Assembly: GCF_907165195.1 (NCBI RefSeq)
Contig: NZ_OU015584.1
Coordinates: forward strand, 2,237,291-2,261,290
From: Parvicella tangerina
GTDB lineage: Bacteria; Bacteroidota; Bacteroidia; Flavobacteriales_D; Parvicellaceae
Length of the DNA stretch: 24,000 nucleotides
Direction: 5' to 3'
Shown: one piece after another, positions 13,150 to 20,363 of the stretch
Numbering within the stretch: the stretch's first letter is position 1
Layout: every line of letters begins with the position of its first letter
Made by a program: the position numbers and the translations under genes
The notes under the pieces: model-generated
The model's database searches: none
Told to the model about the DNA's origin: nothing
Seen by the model: the letters and a program-made list of their open reading frames with translations, nothing else

Positions 13150-15441
13150 ATGCACATTCTTAAAATAATTCACGGCTATCCACCAAATTATAACGCAGGA
13201 TCAGAAGTATATAGCCAATCAATTTGTAATGAGCTTTCTAAAAAGCACAAAGTTTCTGTTTTTACCAGAGAAGAAAACCCTTATGAACCTTGTTACAAGA
13301 TTCGAGAGCAAATAGAATCAGAAAACCTAACACTATACTTTATCAATAACCCTCAAGGAAAAGATGGTTATCGTCACAGACAAATGGATGAGAATTTTGC
13401 TGAATTAATTGCAAAAATCAAACCTGACATAGCTCATATCGGTCATTTGAATCACCTTTCAACTGGATTGATTGATGAGTTGAACAAGCTCAAAATTCCG
13501 ATTGTATATACCTTACATGATTTCTGGTTAATGTGTCCTAGAGGACAATTTCTTACAAGAGGTATTGGGAACACAGACAATTTTCAATTATGTGATAAAC
13601 AAGACGACACGAAATGTGCTAACGATTGTTATAAGGTCTATTTCAGTGGTCGAGAAGAAAATGAGCGTGAGGAAATAAGTAGTTGGAGTAACTGGATCAA
13701 CAATCGAATGGAAGAAACTAGATCCATTATGAATAAGGTTGATTTGTTTATAGCTCCTTCAAACTATCTAAGAAACCGATACGTTAAAGATTTTTCAATT
13801 CCTGAAGATAAGATCAAATATTTAGATTATGGTTTTCCTACTGAATACTTAACGCAAACAGAAAAATCGAAGAAAAAGACACAATTTACATTTGGCTACA
13901 TTGGCACACACATACCGGCAAAAGGTGTAAACCTCCTAATAGAAGCATTCAAGCAACTTGAACAACCTGCAACATTGAAAATCTTTGGAAGACCGAACGG
14001 TCAAAGTACAAATGCACTCAAAGAGTTGGCAAGAACTTCAACAAACGAAATAGAATTTGCAGGAGAATACATTAACCACAATCTAGCCAATGATGTTTTT
14101 GCTAATGTTGATTGTATTGTAGTTCCAAGTATTTGGGGTGAAAATTCGCCATTGGTTATACATGAAGCTCAATCATGTAAAGTACCTGTAATCACCGCTG
14201 ATTATGGAGGTATGAAAGAGTATGTAAAACACAAAGTAAATGGTTTGCTTTTTGACCATAGAAGCATATCCTCTTTAGCGCAACAAATGAATTTCGCTTT
14301 AAACAACCCTGATAAAATGATTGAATTTGGTAAGAAGGGGTATTTGTTTTCAAAGGATGGTGAAGTTCCAAACATTACAGATCATTGTTTTGAGCTTGAA
14401 AAAATCTATAATCGTTTCACCAATAAACTTTGGCGTGTAACTCTTGATACTAATCCTGAAGACTGTAATTTGAGCTGTACAATGTGTGAAGAACACAGCC
14501 CTTTTTCTACTTATATCAAGGAGAAGTTAAACGGCAAACACAGAAGAATGCCTAAAGAGTGGTTAGAACCCATTTTTAGACAGGCGAAACAATTAGAAGT
14601 TACAGAAATGATCCCGTCAACCATGGGTGAACCATTGATCTATAAACATTTCGCTCATTTTGTTGAGTTGTGCTATAAGTACGATATTCAAATGAACCTG
14701 ACGACCAATGGTACATTTCCAAAAACCACTGAAAAATCTGTAACTGAATGGGCTCGGTTAATAGTTCCGATTACTACTGATGTTAAAATTAGTTGGAACG
14801 GTGCTACTGCAAAAACGGCACAAGAAGTAATGCTCAAGTTGAATTTCGAGGAAACAGTAGCCAATGTCAAAGAATTTATCCGTGTTAGAGATGAACATTT
14901 TAAGGAAACAGGATACTACTGCCGAGTGACATTCCAACTAACTTTTATGCAAAACAATATGCACGAGTTAGCAGGTATTATTGAATTGGCAGCTTCATTA
15001 GGAGTTGATCGGGTAAAAGGACATCAGCTTTGGACACATTTTGATGAGATCAGACACCTTTCAATGAAGGAATCATCAGAAAGTATGGCTAAATGGAACG
15101 AATACGTTAATGAAGCTTATGAGGCTCAAAAAAAGAACCTTTTGAGTAACGGCAAGGAAGTAATTCTGGAAAATATAATCCCATTGCAAAAATCAGAAGA
15201 CAAAATAATACCAGAAAGTTATGATTGTCCTTTCTTAGAAAAAGAATTGTGGGTTTCAGCTACTGGTAATATTTCGCCTTGTTGTGCGCCAGATGAATTG
15301 AGAAAAACATTAGGTGACTTCGGAAATATTGAAAACACCAGTATTGAAGAAGTGTTACAAAGTGAAGTCTATCAAAATCTGGTTAAAAACTATAAACAGA
15401 TCGACTTATGTAAAACCTGCAATATGCGCAAACCGAATTAG
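13150..15441 (+). CDS. Fusion protein: GT4 (GT-B) glycosyltransferase (about aa 1-420) plus radical SAM enzyme with SPASM/twitch-like C-terminal Cys motif (about aa 425-763)
   Basis: GT4 signs: HDFWLMCPRGQ, IGTHIPAKGV, and the EX7E motif GENSPLVIHEA. Radical SAM CX3CX2C: CNLSCTMC (Cys439 codon at 14464). Auxiliary-cluster pattern CPFLEKELWVSATGNISPCC (CX12GX4C) and a terminal CKTC. Confidence 0.85.
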   Translation: MHILKIIHGYPPNYNAGSEVYSQSICNELSKKHKVSVFTREENPYEPCYKIREQIESENLTLYFINNPQGKDGYRHRQMDENFAELIAKIKPDIAHIGHLNHLSTGLIDELNKLKIPIVYTLHDFWLMCPRGQFLTRGIGNTDNFQLCDKQDDTKCANDCYKVYFSGREENEREEISSWSNWINNRMEETRSIMNKVDLFIAPSNYLRNRYVKDFSIPEDKIKYLDYGFPTEYLTQTEKSKKKTQFTFGYIGTHIPAKGVNLLIEAFKQLEQPATLKIFGRPNGQSTNALKELARTSTNEIEFAGEYINHNLANDVFANVDCIVVPSIWGENSPLVIHEAQSCKVPVITADYGGMKEYVKHKVNGLLFDHRSISSLAQQMNFALNNPDKMIEFGKKGYLFSKDGEVPNITDHCFELEKIYNRFTNKLWRVTLDTNPEDCNLSCTMCEEHSPFSTYIKEKLNGKHRRMPKEWLEPIFRQAKQLEVTEMIPSTMGEPLIYKHFAHFVELCYKYDIQMNLTTNGTFPKTTEKSVTEWARLIVPITTDVKISWNGATAKTAQEVMLKLNFEETVANVKEFIRVRDEHFKETGYYCRVTFQLTFMQNNMHELAGIIELAASLGVDRVKGHQLWTHFDEIRHLSMKESSESMAKWNEYVNEAYEAQKKNLLSNGKEVILENIIPLQKSEDKIIPESYDCPFLEKELWVSATGNISPCCAPDELRKTLGDFGNIENTSIEEVLQSEVYQNLVKNYKQIDLCKTCNMRKPN

Positions 15442-15442
15442 A

Positions 15443-16882
15443 ATGAAACATACAAAGTCCCTCGAAAAACTAAAGTCTCTATTTGAAGCTCAATCTGGAA
15501 TACAATTAGCGGTTGTGTACGGATCGTATGCGAGAAAAGACTACACTCCTAATTCTGATTTGGACATTCATATTATCCGAAATGAGAAATTAAATTTTAA
15601 GTCCTTCGTCAATGAATTGGAACAGCTTTTTAATGACGAACTGAGGCACGTTTTACCAGTTGCTCAAAAAGAAAAGGTTGTGCTTTATTTTAAGGATTAT
15701 CCTAAGATTGAAATAAGTATATCGAATAAAACGGATAAACTTAAAAGAGATTTTATAGGTAGTGAAATTACAGATATTGAATCAGCAATTATCCACAAAG
15801 TAGAAGATTCAAATGAAGTTCAAGAATTGATTTATGAACTAAAGAAAGGAGTTCCTGAGTATTTGAATAAAACTACTTTAAGCTCATACATTGACGAGGT
15901 AATTGATCGGTTCTTATATGAGTTTGAAAACTGTTCGTCATCCCATGGAAAAAGTGATGGATACCGTTTCTATTTCTTCTATAACATTGCTCTACATTCA
16001 TTAATTCAGCTTGAATCATTAAAATATGGAACAGATCGTTTCAATTTTTTACCTAAGCAACTAACATCCAAAATTATTCAAGAGGAGAAAGATCAAAAAG
16101 AAATTTATGCTCTTGCAGGAAGCATTTACCTCCCAGATGCTAATAAGAAAAAGCGTTCTTTATTAGATAGATTCTACAAGACCGTAGAAACGTTTGTTTC
16201 TTCAGATAAATTGATGTCTATTAAGGACTTTTGTGAGGGTATTTATAACCGTGATGCCATTTGGAATTTCAGAGATTTATCGGAAAATATTCCAACGATT
16301 CAACCTCAACTAGTGTTTCGATCAGCATTACTAACCATTTATCAATATGATGATCAGCTTTCTGACTTAATTGAATCTAAAAATATCACAACTATAATTG
16401 ATCTAAGGGCACAGAGAGAATTGACGGAATTCAAATACATCCCTAAAATAAAATCGACTGTAAATTACGTCCATTGTCCATTAGATCCTTGGGATCAACC
16501 AGATTGGTTTAAAAAGGATTATCAACAAGGTTCAAATGCAGAAATTGCATACTTGTACTTTATTATGTGTTGTCAAGAATCGATTGTTAAAGCGTTACGG
16601 GAGATTGCTAATTCAAATGGTGGCGTTGTGATTCATTGTCATGCAGGAAAGGATCGAACTGGAATCTTGGCTGCTTTAATTTCTCTCATTTCAGGTGCAA
16701 ATTTAGATCATATCATTCAGGACTATCTTGCTTCGGAAAACGATACTCAAAGTTCGCTTTTAAAAATCGTCTTAGATTACCTTCAAAACGAAGGTGGTTT
16801 GACGTCCTACTTAGTAAAAGCAGGAATGTCAGAGAATGAAATTTTACAACTTAAAAGAAAATTGTCAAGGAATGGATACTAA
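15443..16882 (+). CDS. Fusion protein: Pol-beta-type (MNT/KNTase-like) nucleotidyltransferase plus helical domain plus CX5R tyrosine-phosphatase-like domain (479 aa)
   Basis: The track ORF starts at 15314 inside the previous gene. The in-frame ATG at 15443 is 1 nt after the upstream TAG. NTase motif VVYGSYARKDYTPNSDLDIHII (GS...DxD). Phosphatase P-loop VIHCHAGKDRTG (Cys codon 16637-16639). Confidence 0.8.
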   Translation: MKHTKSLEKLKSLFEAQSGIQLAVVYGSYARKDYTPNSDLDIHIIRNEKLNFKSFVNELEQLFNDELRHVLPVAQKEKVVLYFKDYPKIEISISNKTDKLKRDFIGSEITDIESAIIHKVEDSNEVQELIYELKKGVPEYLNKTTLSSYIDEVIDRFLYEFENCSSSHGKSDGYRFYFFYNIALHSLIQLESLKYGTDRFNFLPKQLTSKIIQEEKDQKEIYALAGSIYLPDANKKKRSLLDRFYKTVETFVSSDKLMSIKDFCEGIYNRDAIWNFRDLSENIPTIQPQLVFRSALLTIYQYDDQLSDLIESKNITTIIDLRAQRELTEFKYIPKIKSTVNYVHCPLDPWDQPDWFKKDYQQGSNAEIAYLYFIMCCQESIVKALREIANSNGGVVIHCHAGKDRTGILAALISLISGANLDHIIQDYLASENDTQSSLLKIVLDYLQNEGGLTSYLVKAGMSENEILQLKRKLSRNGY

Positions 16883-17849
16883 AAATCAACTCAAATCATT
16901 TTTTACTGAACATTGGAAATATATAGCAGTAAGTACCGCTTGTGAATTTGGTGTTTTCGATGCTCTTATAGAATCAAAAACATCCAAACAATTTGCGGAA
17001 CAATTAGGTATAAACGAAGAAAAAACATCATTGCTTTTAAATGCTCTAGTTTCAATTGGATTTTTAGATAAAAAAGAGGATTACTATACCACAAATGAAC
17101 TTTCGGTATTTCTAACCGAAAAGCACCCTGATAGTTTGAGGTATGCCTGTATGAATTGGAGTGGTATTCACTTGACAGCATGGCAAAATCTTCGTTATAC
17201 AATTGCAACAGGTAAAAGTGCATTTGAGGATGAATACTACTTTTTCAACCAACCTTTTTTTGAATATCTCAATGAAAATCCAAGTGAGAGAAAATTTTAT
17301 CAAAAAGCAATGAATGAATATGCTAGAGATGATTATAAAACACTCCCCGATTTAATTGATTTTAGCAAATGTAAATCTGTTATTGATGTTGGAGGTGGAT
17401 ATGGTGCTTTACTAAAACATTTAAAGAAAAAATATCCAAACCTGAATTGCACACTATTTGAGCAGCTCAATGTTCTAGGTGATATTTGTTTAGATTATGA
17501 GTTCTTCAACCAAACTCACGGAGATTTTTTTGAAGAAATTCCAAAAGGATCAGATACAATTATTCTTGCAAGGATATTACATGATTGGAACTACAACAAA
17601 GCTTTAAAGATTTTGAATAATTGCTATGATGCGTTGCCAGATAACGGCTCATTATTCATCATTGAGAATTGCACAGACAAGACAAATATTGATTTATCAC
17701 TACTTTCTCTTAATATGTCCGTAATGTGTGAGAGTTTTGAAAGAAGTTCAACTGAGTATATTTCTCTAGCAAACGAAGCAGGGTTTCAATTTGAGGATGA
17801 TGTCAAATTAAACGAATTACAAACTGTTCTAAGATTCATCAAAAAATGA
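16872..17849 (+). CDS. Class I SAM-dependent O-methyltransferase, family 2 (COMT/ASMT-like), with N-terminal dimerisation domain
   Basis: SAM motif VIDVGGGYGALL and the catalytic-His region ILARILHDWNYNKALKIL. ATG 16872 overlaps the upstream stop by 11 nt. The alternative ATG 16836 would overlap by 47 nt. Confidence 0.8.
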   Translation: MDTKNQLKSFFTEHWKYIAVSTACEFGVFDALIESKTSKQFAEQLGINEEKTSLLLNALVSIGFLDKKEDYYTTNELSVFLTEKHPDSLRYACMNWSGIHLTAWQNLRYTIATGKSAFEDEYYFFNQPFFEYLNENPSERKFYQKAMNEYARDDYKTLPDLIDFSKCKSVIDVGGGYGALLKHLKKKYPNLNCTLFEQLNVLGDICLDYEFFNQTHGDFFEEIPKGSDTIILARILHDWNYNKALKILNNCYDALPDNGSLFIIENCTDKTNIDLSLLSLNMSVMCESFERSSTEYISLANEAGFQFEDDVKLNELQTVLRFIKK

Positions 17850-18547
17850 AATGGCAACAAATAAACGTCTCTAATGATGGCACACATTTTCTGTATGAAG
17901 GAAATTTGATTTTTGGTAAACACTTTATTGAAGTCCTTAAATTTCACTCTCCTGGACTTGCTCCTGTAGTGGATGAATCTGGCGCTTATCATATCAATGA
18001 ATTAGGAGATGCGTTATATTCAAAAAGGTACAATAGAACCTTTGGTTTTTATTGTAATAGATCTTCCGTGATTGAAAATACAGATTGGTTTCATATAGAT
18101 GAAAAAGGAAATAGGATTTATTCAAACTTCTATTCATGGACAGGGAACTACCAAGAGAACCTATGTACTGTTCGGAACAAAGCGAACCAATATTTTCATA
18201 TTGATTTGGATGGTAATCGTATTTATTCAGAAAATTACATTTACACAGGTGACTTTAAAGATGGGGTCGCTTGTGTAAAGCTCCAGAATGGAAAATTTAG
18301 ACATATAGATTCAAATGGAAATCCTATTAATGATTTACTTTTTGAAGATCTCGGAATCTTTCATAAGAACTTTGCTACAGCCAAAGATGCTAGAGGATGG
18401 TTTCATATTGACAGGAAAGGTAATGAACTATATTCTGAACGCTATTTGATGATTGAACCATTCTATAATGGTTTTGCGTTAGTCACTCTGTTTGATAATT
18501 CGAAAAGAATAATTGATGAGAATGGTCAAGTAATGTTGACCTTATGA
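17846..18547 (+). CDS. WG-containing (KWG-type) beta-repeat protein (233 aa)
   Basis: The start sits in an ATGA overlap with the OMT stop. About six repeats of roughly 37 aa: DWFHIDEKGNRIYS, QYFHIDLDGNRIYS, KFRHIDSNGNPIND, GWFHIDRKGNELYS, each preceded by F.[DN]G.A.V-like strands. Confidence 0.75.
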   Translation: MKWQQINVSNDGTHFLYEGNLIFGKHFIEVLKFHSPGLAPVVDESGAYHINELGDALYSKRYNRTFGFYCNRSSVIENTDWFHIDEKGNRIYSNFYSWTGNYQENLCTVRNKANQYFHIDLDGNRIYSENYIYTGDFKDGVACVKLQNGKFRHIDSNGNPINDLLFEDLGIFHKNFATAKDARGWFHIDRKGNELYSERYLMIEPFYNGFALVTLFDNSKRIIDENGQVMLTL

Positions 18548-18559
18548 TTTTGGGAATTA

Positions 18560-18841
18560 TTATTCAAAATAGGGTTTATCATACAATTCAGAACGTCTAA
18601 TTTTGTATTTCTTGATAAGGTATTCAAACTCCTTCCTCTGATCTTCTGTAAACGAATTATACATGGATTTATGTAGGTACTGATCATAGGTTTGTTGAAG
18701 AAACATTTCACAATCATTGATCATTAAACTATATTTTGCTGCGAAATGAATTATTGATTTTCCTGAATTGGAAAAATCTGAAACGAAATTAATCAGTCTA
18801 ATATCTTGTTTCGGGTTAGGTCTCAAAGTATTGATATTCAA
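18560..18841 (-). CDS. Hypothetical small protein (93 aa if TTG start; 54 aa from first ATG)
   Basis: The start at 18841 is TTG. A perfect TAnnTTTG box (TATTTTTG, minus strand, 18859-18852) lies 10 nt upstream. There is a weak HTH-like segment (GKSIIHFAAKYSLMINDC). Confidence 0.4.
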   Translation of the reverse strand: MNINTLRPNPKQDIRLINFVSDFSNSGKSIIHFAAKYSLMINDCEMFLQQTYDQYLHKSMYNSFTEDQRKEFEYLIKKYKIRRSELYDKPYFE

Positions 18842-19006
18842 TTTTGTTCTACAAAAATAACTTATAAATCTAAAACCGCTATACCCTGATATTCCCTCCT
18901 TTAATCAGCCTCAAAATATGCTCGTAATCTTGCATTACATGGGAGCTTGAAATTAACTCTTCAAATTCTTTGGAAAAGTTCGACCCAAGCCCTATGTTTG
19001 ACCCAA

Positions 19007-19043
19007 AGTTTAAAAGGTCTAGTTTTGCTAGACCTTTTTTGTT
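19007..19043. repeat. Left copy of the duplicated 37-bp terminator hairpin (orphan copy)
   Basis: AGTTTAAAAGGTCTAGTTTTGCTAGACCTTTTTTGTT is identical to 19392-19429 apart from one extra T in the right copy. The stem is AAAAGGTCTAG/CTAGACCTTTT with loop TTTTG. Confidence 0.85.
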
Positions 19044-19064
19044 TAACACCTCATCAGTTGTATA

Positions 19065-19310
19065 ATGCACTACATTTATATATTATTCTCTGAAACTCTT
19101 GACAAGTACTATAAGGGACAAACTAACAATATTCAAAATAGGTTAGCAAGACATAATGCTGGTTATGAGAAGTATACAAAAAATGGTACACCTTGGAAAT
19201 TAGTTTGTTTGATTGAAAAGAAAAGCCGATCAGAGGCTGTAATATTGGAAAAAAAGCTCAAAAACATGAATAGGGATAAGCTTGAAGCCTTTATTAAAAA
19301 ATACGGATGA
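19065..19310 (+). CDS. Small GIY-YIG nuclease-superfamily protein (81 aa)
   Basis: MHYIYILFSETLDKYYKGQTNNIQNRLARHN shows the GIY...YIG-type motifs (YIYIL ... YYKGQT ... R...HN). ATG start. Confidence 0.85.
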   Translation: MHYIYILFSETLDKYYKGQTNNIQNRLARHNAGYEKYTKNGTPWKLVCLIEKKSRSEAVILEKKLKNMNRDKLEAFIKKYG

Positions 19311-19391
19311 AGTTCGGGTCATGACGCTCAGACCGATAGCGTCTGAGGTCGTGATGCTGACTGAAGCGTCAGCACCCCGTCTTCCACCCTT
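19311..19391 (+). other. GC-rich structured segment with competing hairpins, downstream of the GIY-YIG gene
   Basis: GACGCT(19323-19328)/AGCGTC(19338-19343); CTCAGAC(19327-19333)/GTCTGAG(19341-19347); TGCTGAC(19355-19361)/GTCAGCA(19368-19374); TGACGCT(19322-19328) can also pair with AGCGTCA(19365-19371). Local G+C is clearly above the window background. Confidence 0.5.
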
Positions 19392-19429
19392 AGTTTAAAA
19401 GGTCTAGTTTTGCTAGACCTTTTTTTGTT
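19392..19429. terminator. Right copy of the duplicated hairpin; bidirectional terminator for the GIY-YIG (+) and lipoprotein (-) genes
   Basis: The stem at 19397-19423 is flanked by an A-run upstream and a T7 run downstream. The lipoprotein gene stop (19428-19430) abuts it. Confidence 0.75.
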
Positions 19430-20300
19430 ACTCTTGAATTTTGTCATAAAGGATGAAAGAACTCGTATCGGGTCCATCATACCATTCAAAATCTGGATGA
19501 ATCCACAGTCTTTCTCCCCCACTCCAGGATAGTATGTACGGTTTCAACTCTCCATCTGTAAGTATCTCCATTATACTTTCATTCTTTAAAACTTCCAACA
19601 AGTCCGTTTCACTCAAGTTGAGTGTTTCAGGAACATCATGCGGAAAACTGTGGTAATGCTCAAACGGGCTATCGTAATCAACAGTTTGAAAGTCGTAATG
19701 TACTAGGCTATACTTTCCTGCAGCATTAGGAAGGTTCACTCCATAATTCTTTATCAAGTTCACGATAGTTTCATCAAAGGAATCTCTGGCATATACTTCT
19801 GTTAAATAGAACCCTGTTTCTTCTAAATAGGAAATTTGAAGCGTATCACTGAAAACATTCATTCGAATAAAAACATCACCTACACTTTCTATCCAGATTC
19901 TATTGGGAAAACCATGTGTTGATTTTAACGTATCACCTGAGATCGTATAAACATAGAAAGCCCTCCGTCTATTGGGCAATACATAATCATAAACTGTATC
20001 ATTAGAAAAATCAATTGTTCTGGTTTTGGTCCAATCACCTAAACAATTCGTACATTTTAGAACACCATCAACAGGTTGTATATCTGGGCGCTGATATTCT
20101 ACTGCATAATTATTGTAGTTTTCATTCTGACTTAGCGACTGTTTTTCTATAATCGTATCAATTCTTACCAGTCTCCAATGACCTTGAACATCTTCTGTAG
20201 TTAGCACCTGTTCTTTGTCGCTATTTTTATTAGAAGATGCACAGCTGAATAAACTGATTGCAGCAATTAGTACTGTGATATGTTTGAAGTTGATTACCAT
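19428..20300 (-). CDS. Putative lipoprotein (290 aa)
   Basis: ATG start. Signal peptide with a lipobox-like LFSC (MVINFKHITVLIAAISLFSCASSN). No other recognisable motif. Confidence 0.75.
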   Translation of the reverse strand: MVINFKHITVLIAAISLFSCASSNKNSDKEQVLTTEDVQGHWRLVRIDTIIEKQSLSQNENYNNYAVEYQRPDIQPVDGVLKCTNCLGDWTKTRTIDFSNDTVYDYVLPNRRRAFYVYTISGDTLKSTHGFPNRIWIESVGDVFIRMNVFSDTLQISYLEETGFYLTEVYARDSFDETIVNLIKNYGVNLPNAAGKYSLVHYDFQTVDYDSPFEHYHSFPHDVPETLNLSETDLLEVLKNESIMEILTDGELKPYILSWSGGERLWIHPDFEWYDGPDTSSFILYDKIQE

Positions 20301-20333
20301 AAACTAAGGAAACCTAAGATATCGTAAAAAAAT

Positions 20334-20341
20334 TAACTTTG
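20334..20341 (+). promoter_or_regulatory. Bacteroidota-type -7 promoter box TAACTTTG (TAnnTTTG)
   Basis: Exact match to the consensus, 22 nt upstream of the ATG at 20364. I found no convincing -33 TTG at the expected spacing. Confidence 0.4.
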
Positions 20342-20363
20342 TGTATACCCAAACCCAATTAAC

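Noticed and set aside
15314-15442. 5' extension of the NTase-phosphatase ORF into the end of the GT-radical SAM gene
   Set aside because: It would overlap the upstream gene by 128 nt. An in-frame ATG at 15443 lies 1 nt after the upstream stop, and the NTase motif begins about 25 codons after it.
16636-17992. Small ORFs overlapping the phosphatase/OMT/WG genes (16636-16839, 16966-17223 minus, 17112-17303 minus, 17786-17992 minus), plus 18526-18717 minus, 12675-12878 minus, 14688-14870 minus, 8292-8489 plus and 19328-19522 minus
   Set aside because: They overlap stronger genes or structured non-coding DNA and have no independent support.
18879-19070. 63-aa minus-strand ORF from the track
   Set aside because: Its start codon is GTG and overlaps the GIY-YIG ATG. 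Its N-terminal third is just the translated terminator-hairpin repeat (19007-19043). It is more likely non-coding, or at most a gene remnant.
19308-19330. tRNA T-arm-like GTTCGGGTC after the GIY-YIG gene (small GIY-YIG genes often sit near tRNAs)
   Set aside because: No acceptor, D or anticodon arms can be drawn around it. Only a 4-bp ATGA/TCAT stem with an 8-nt loop forms.
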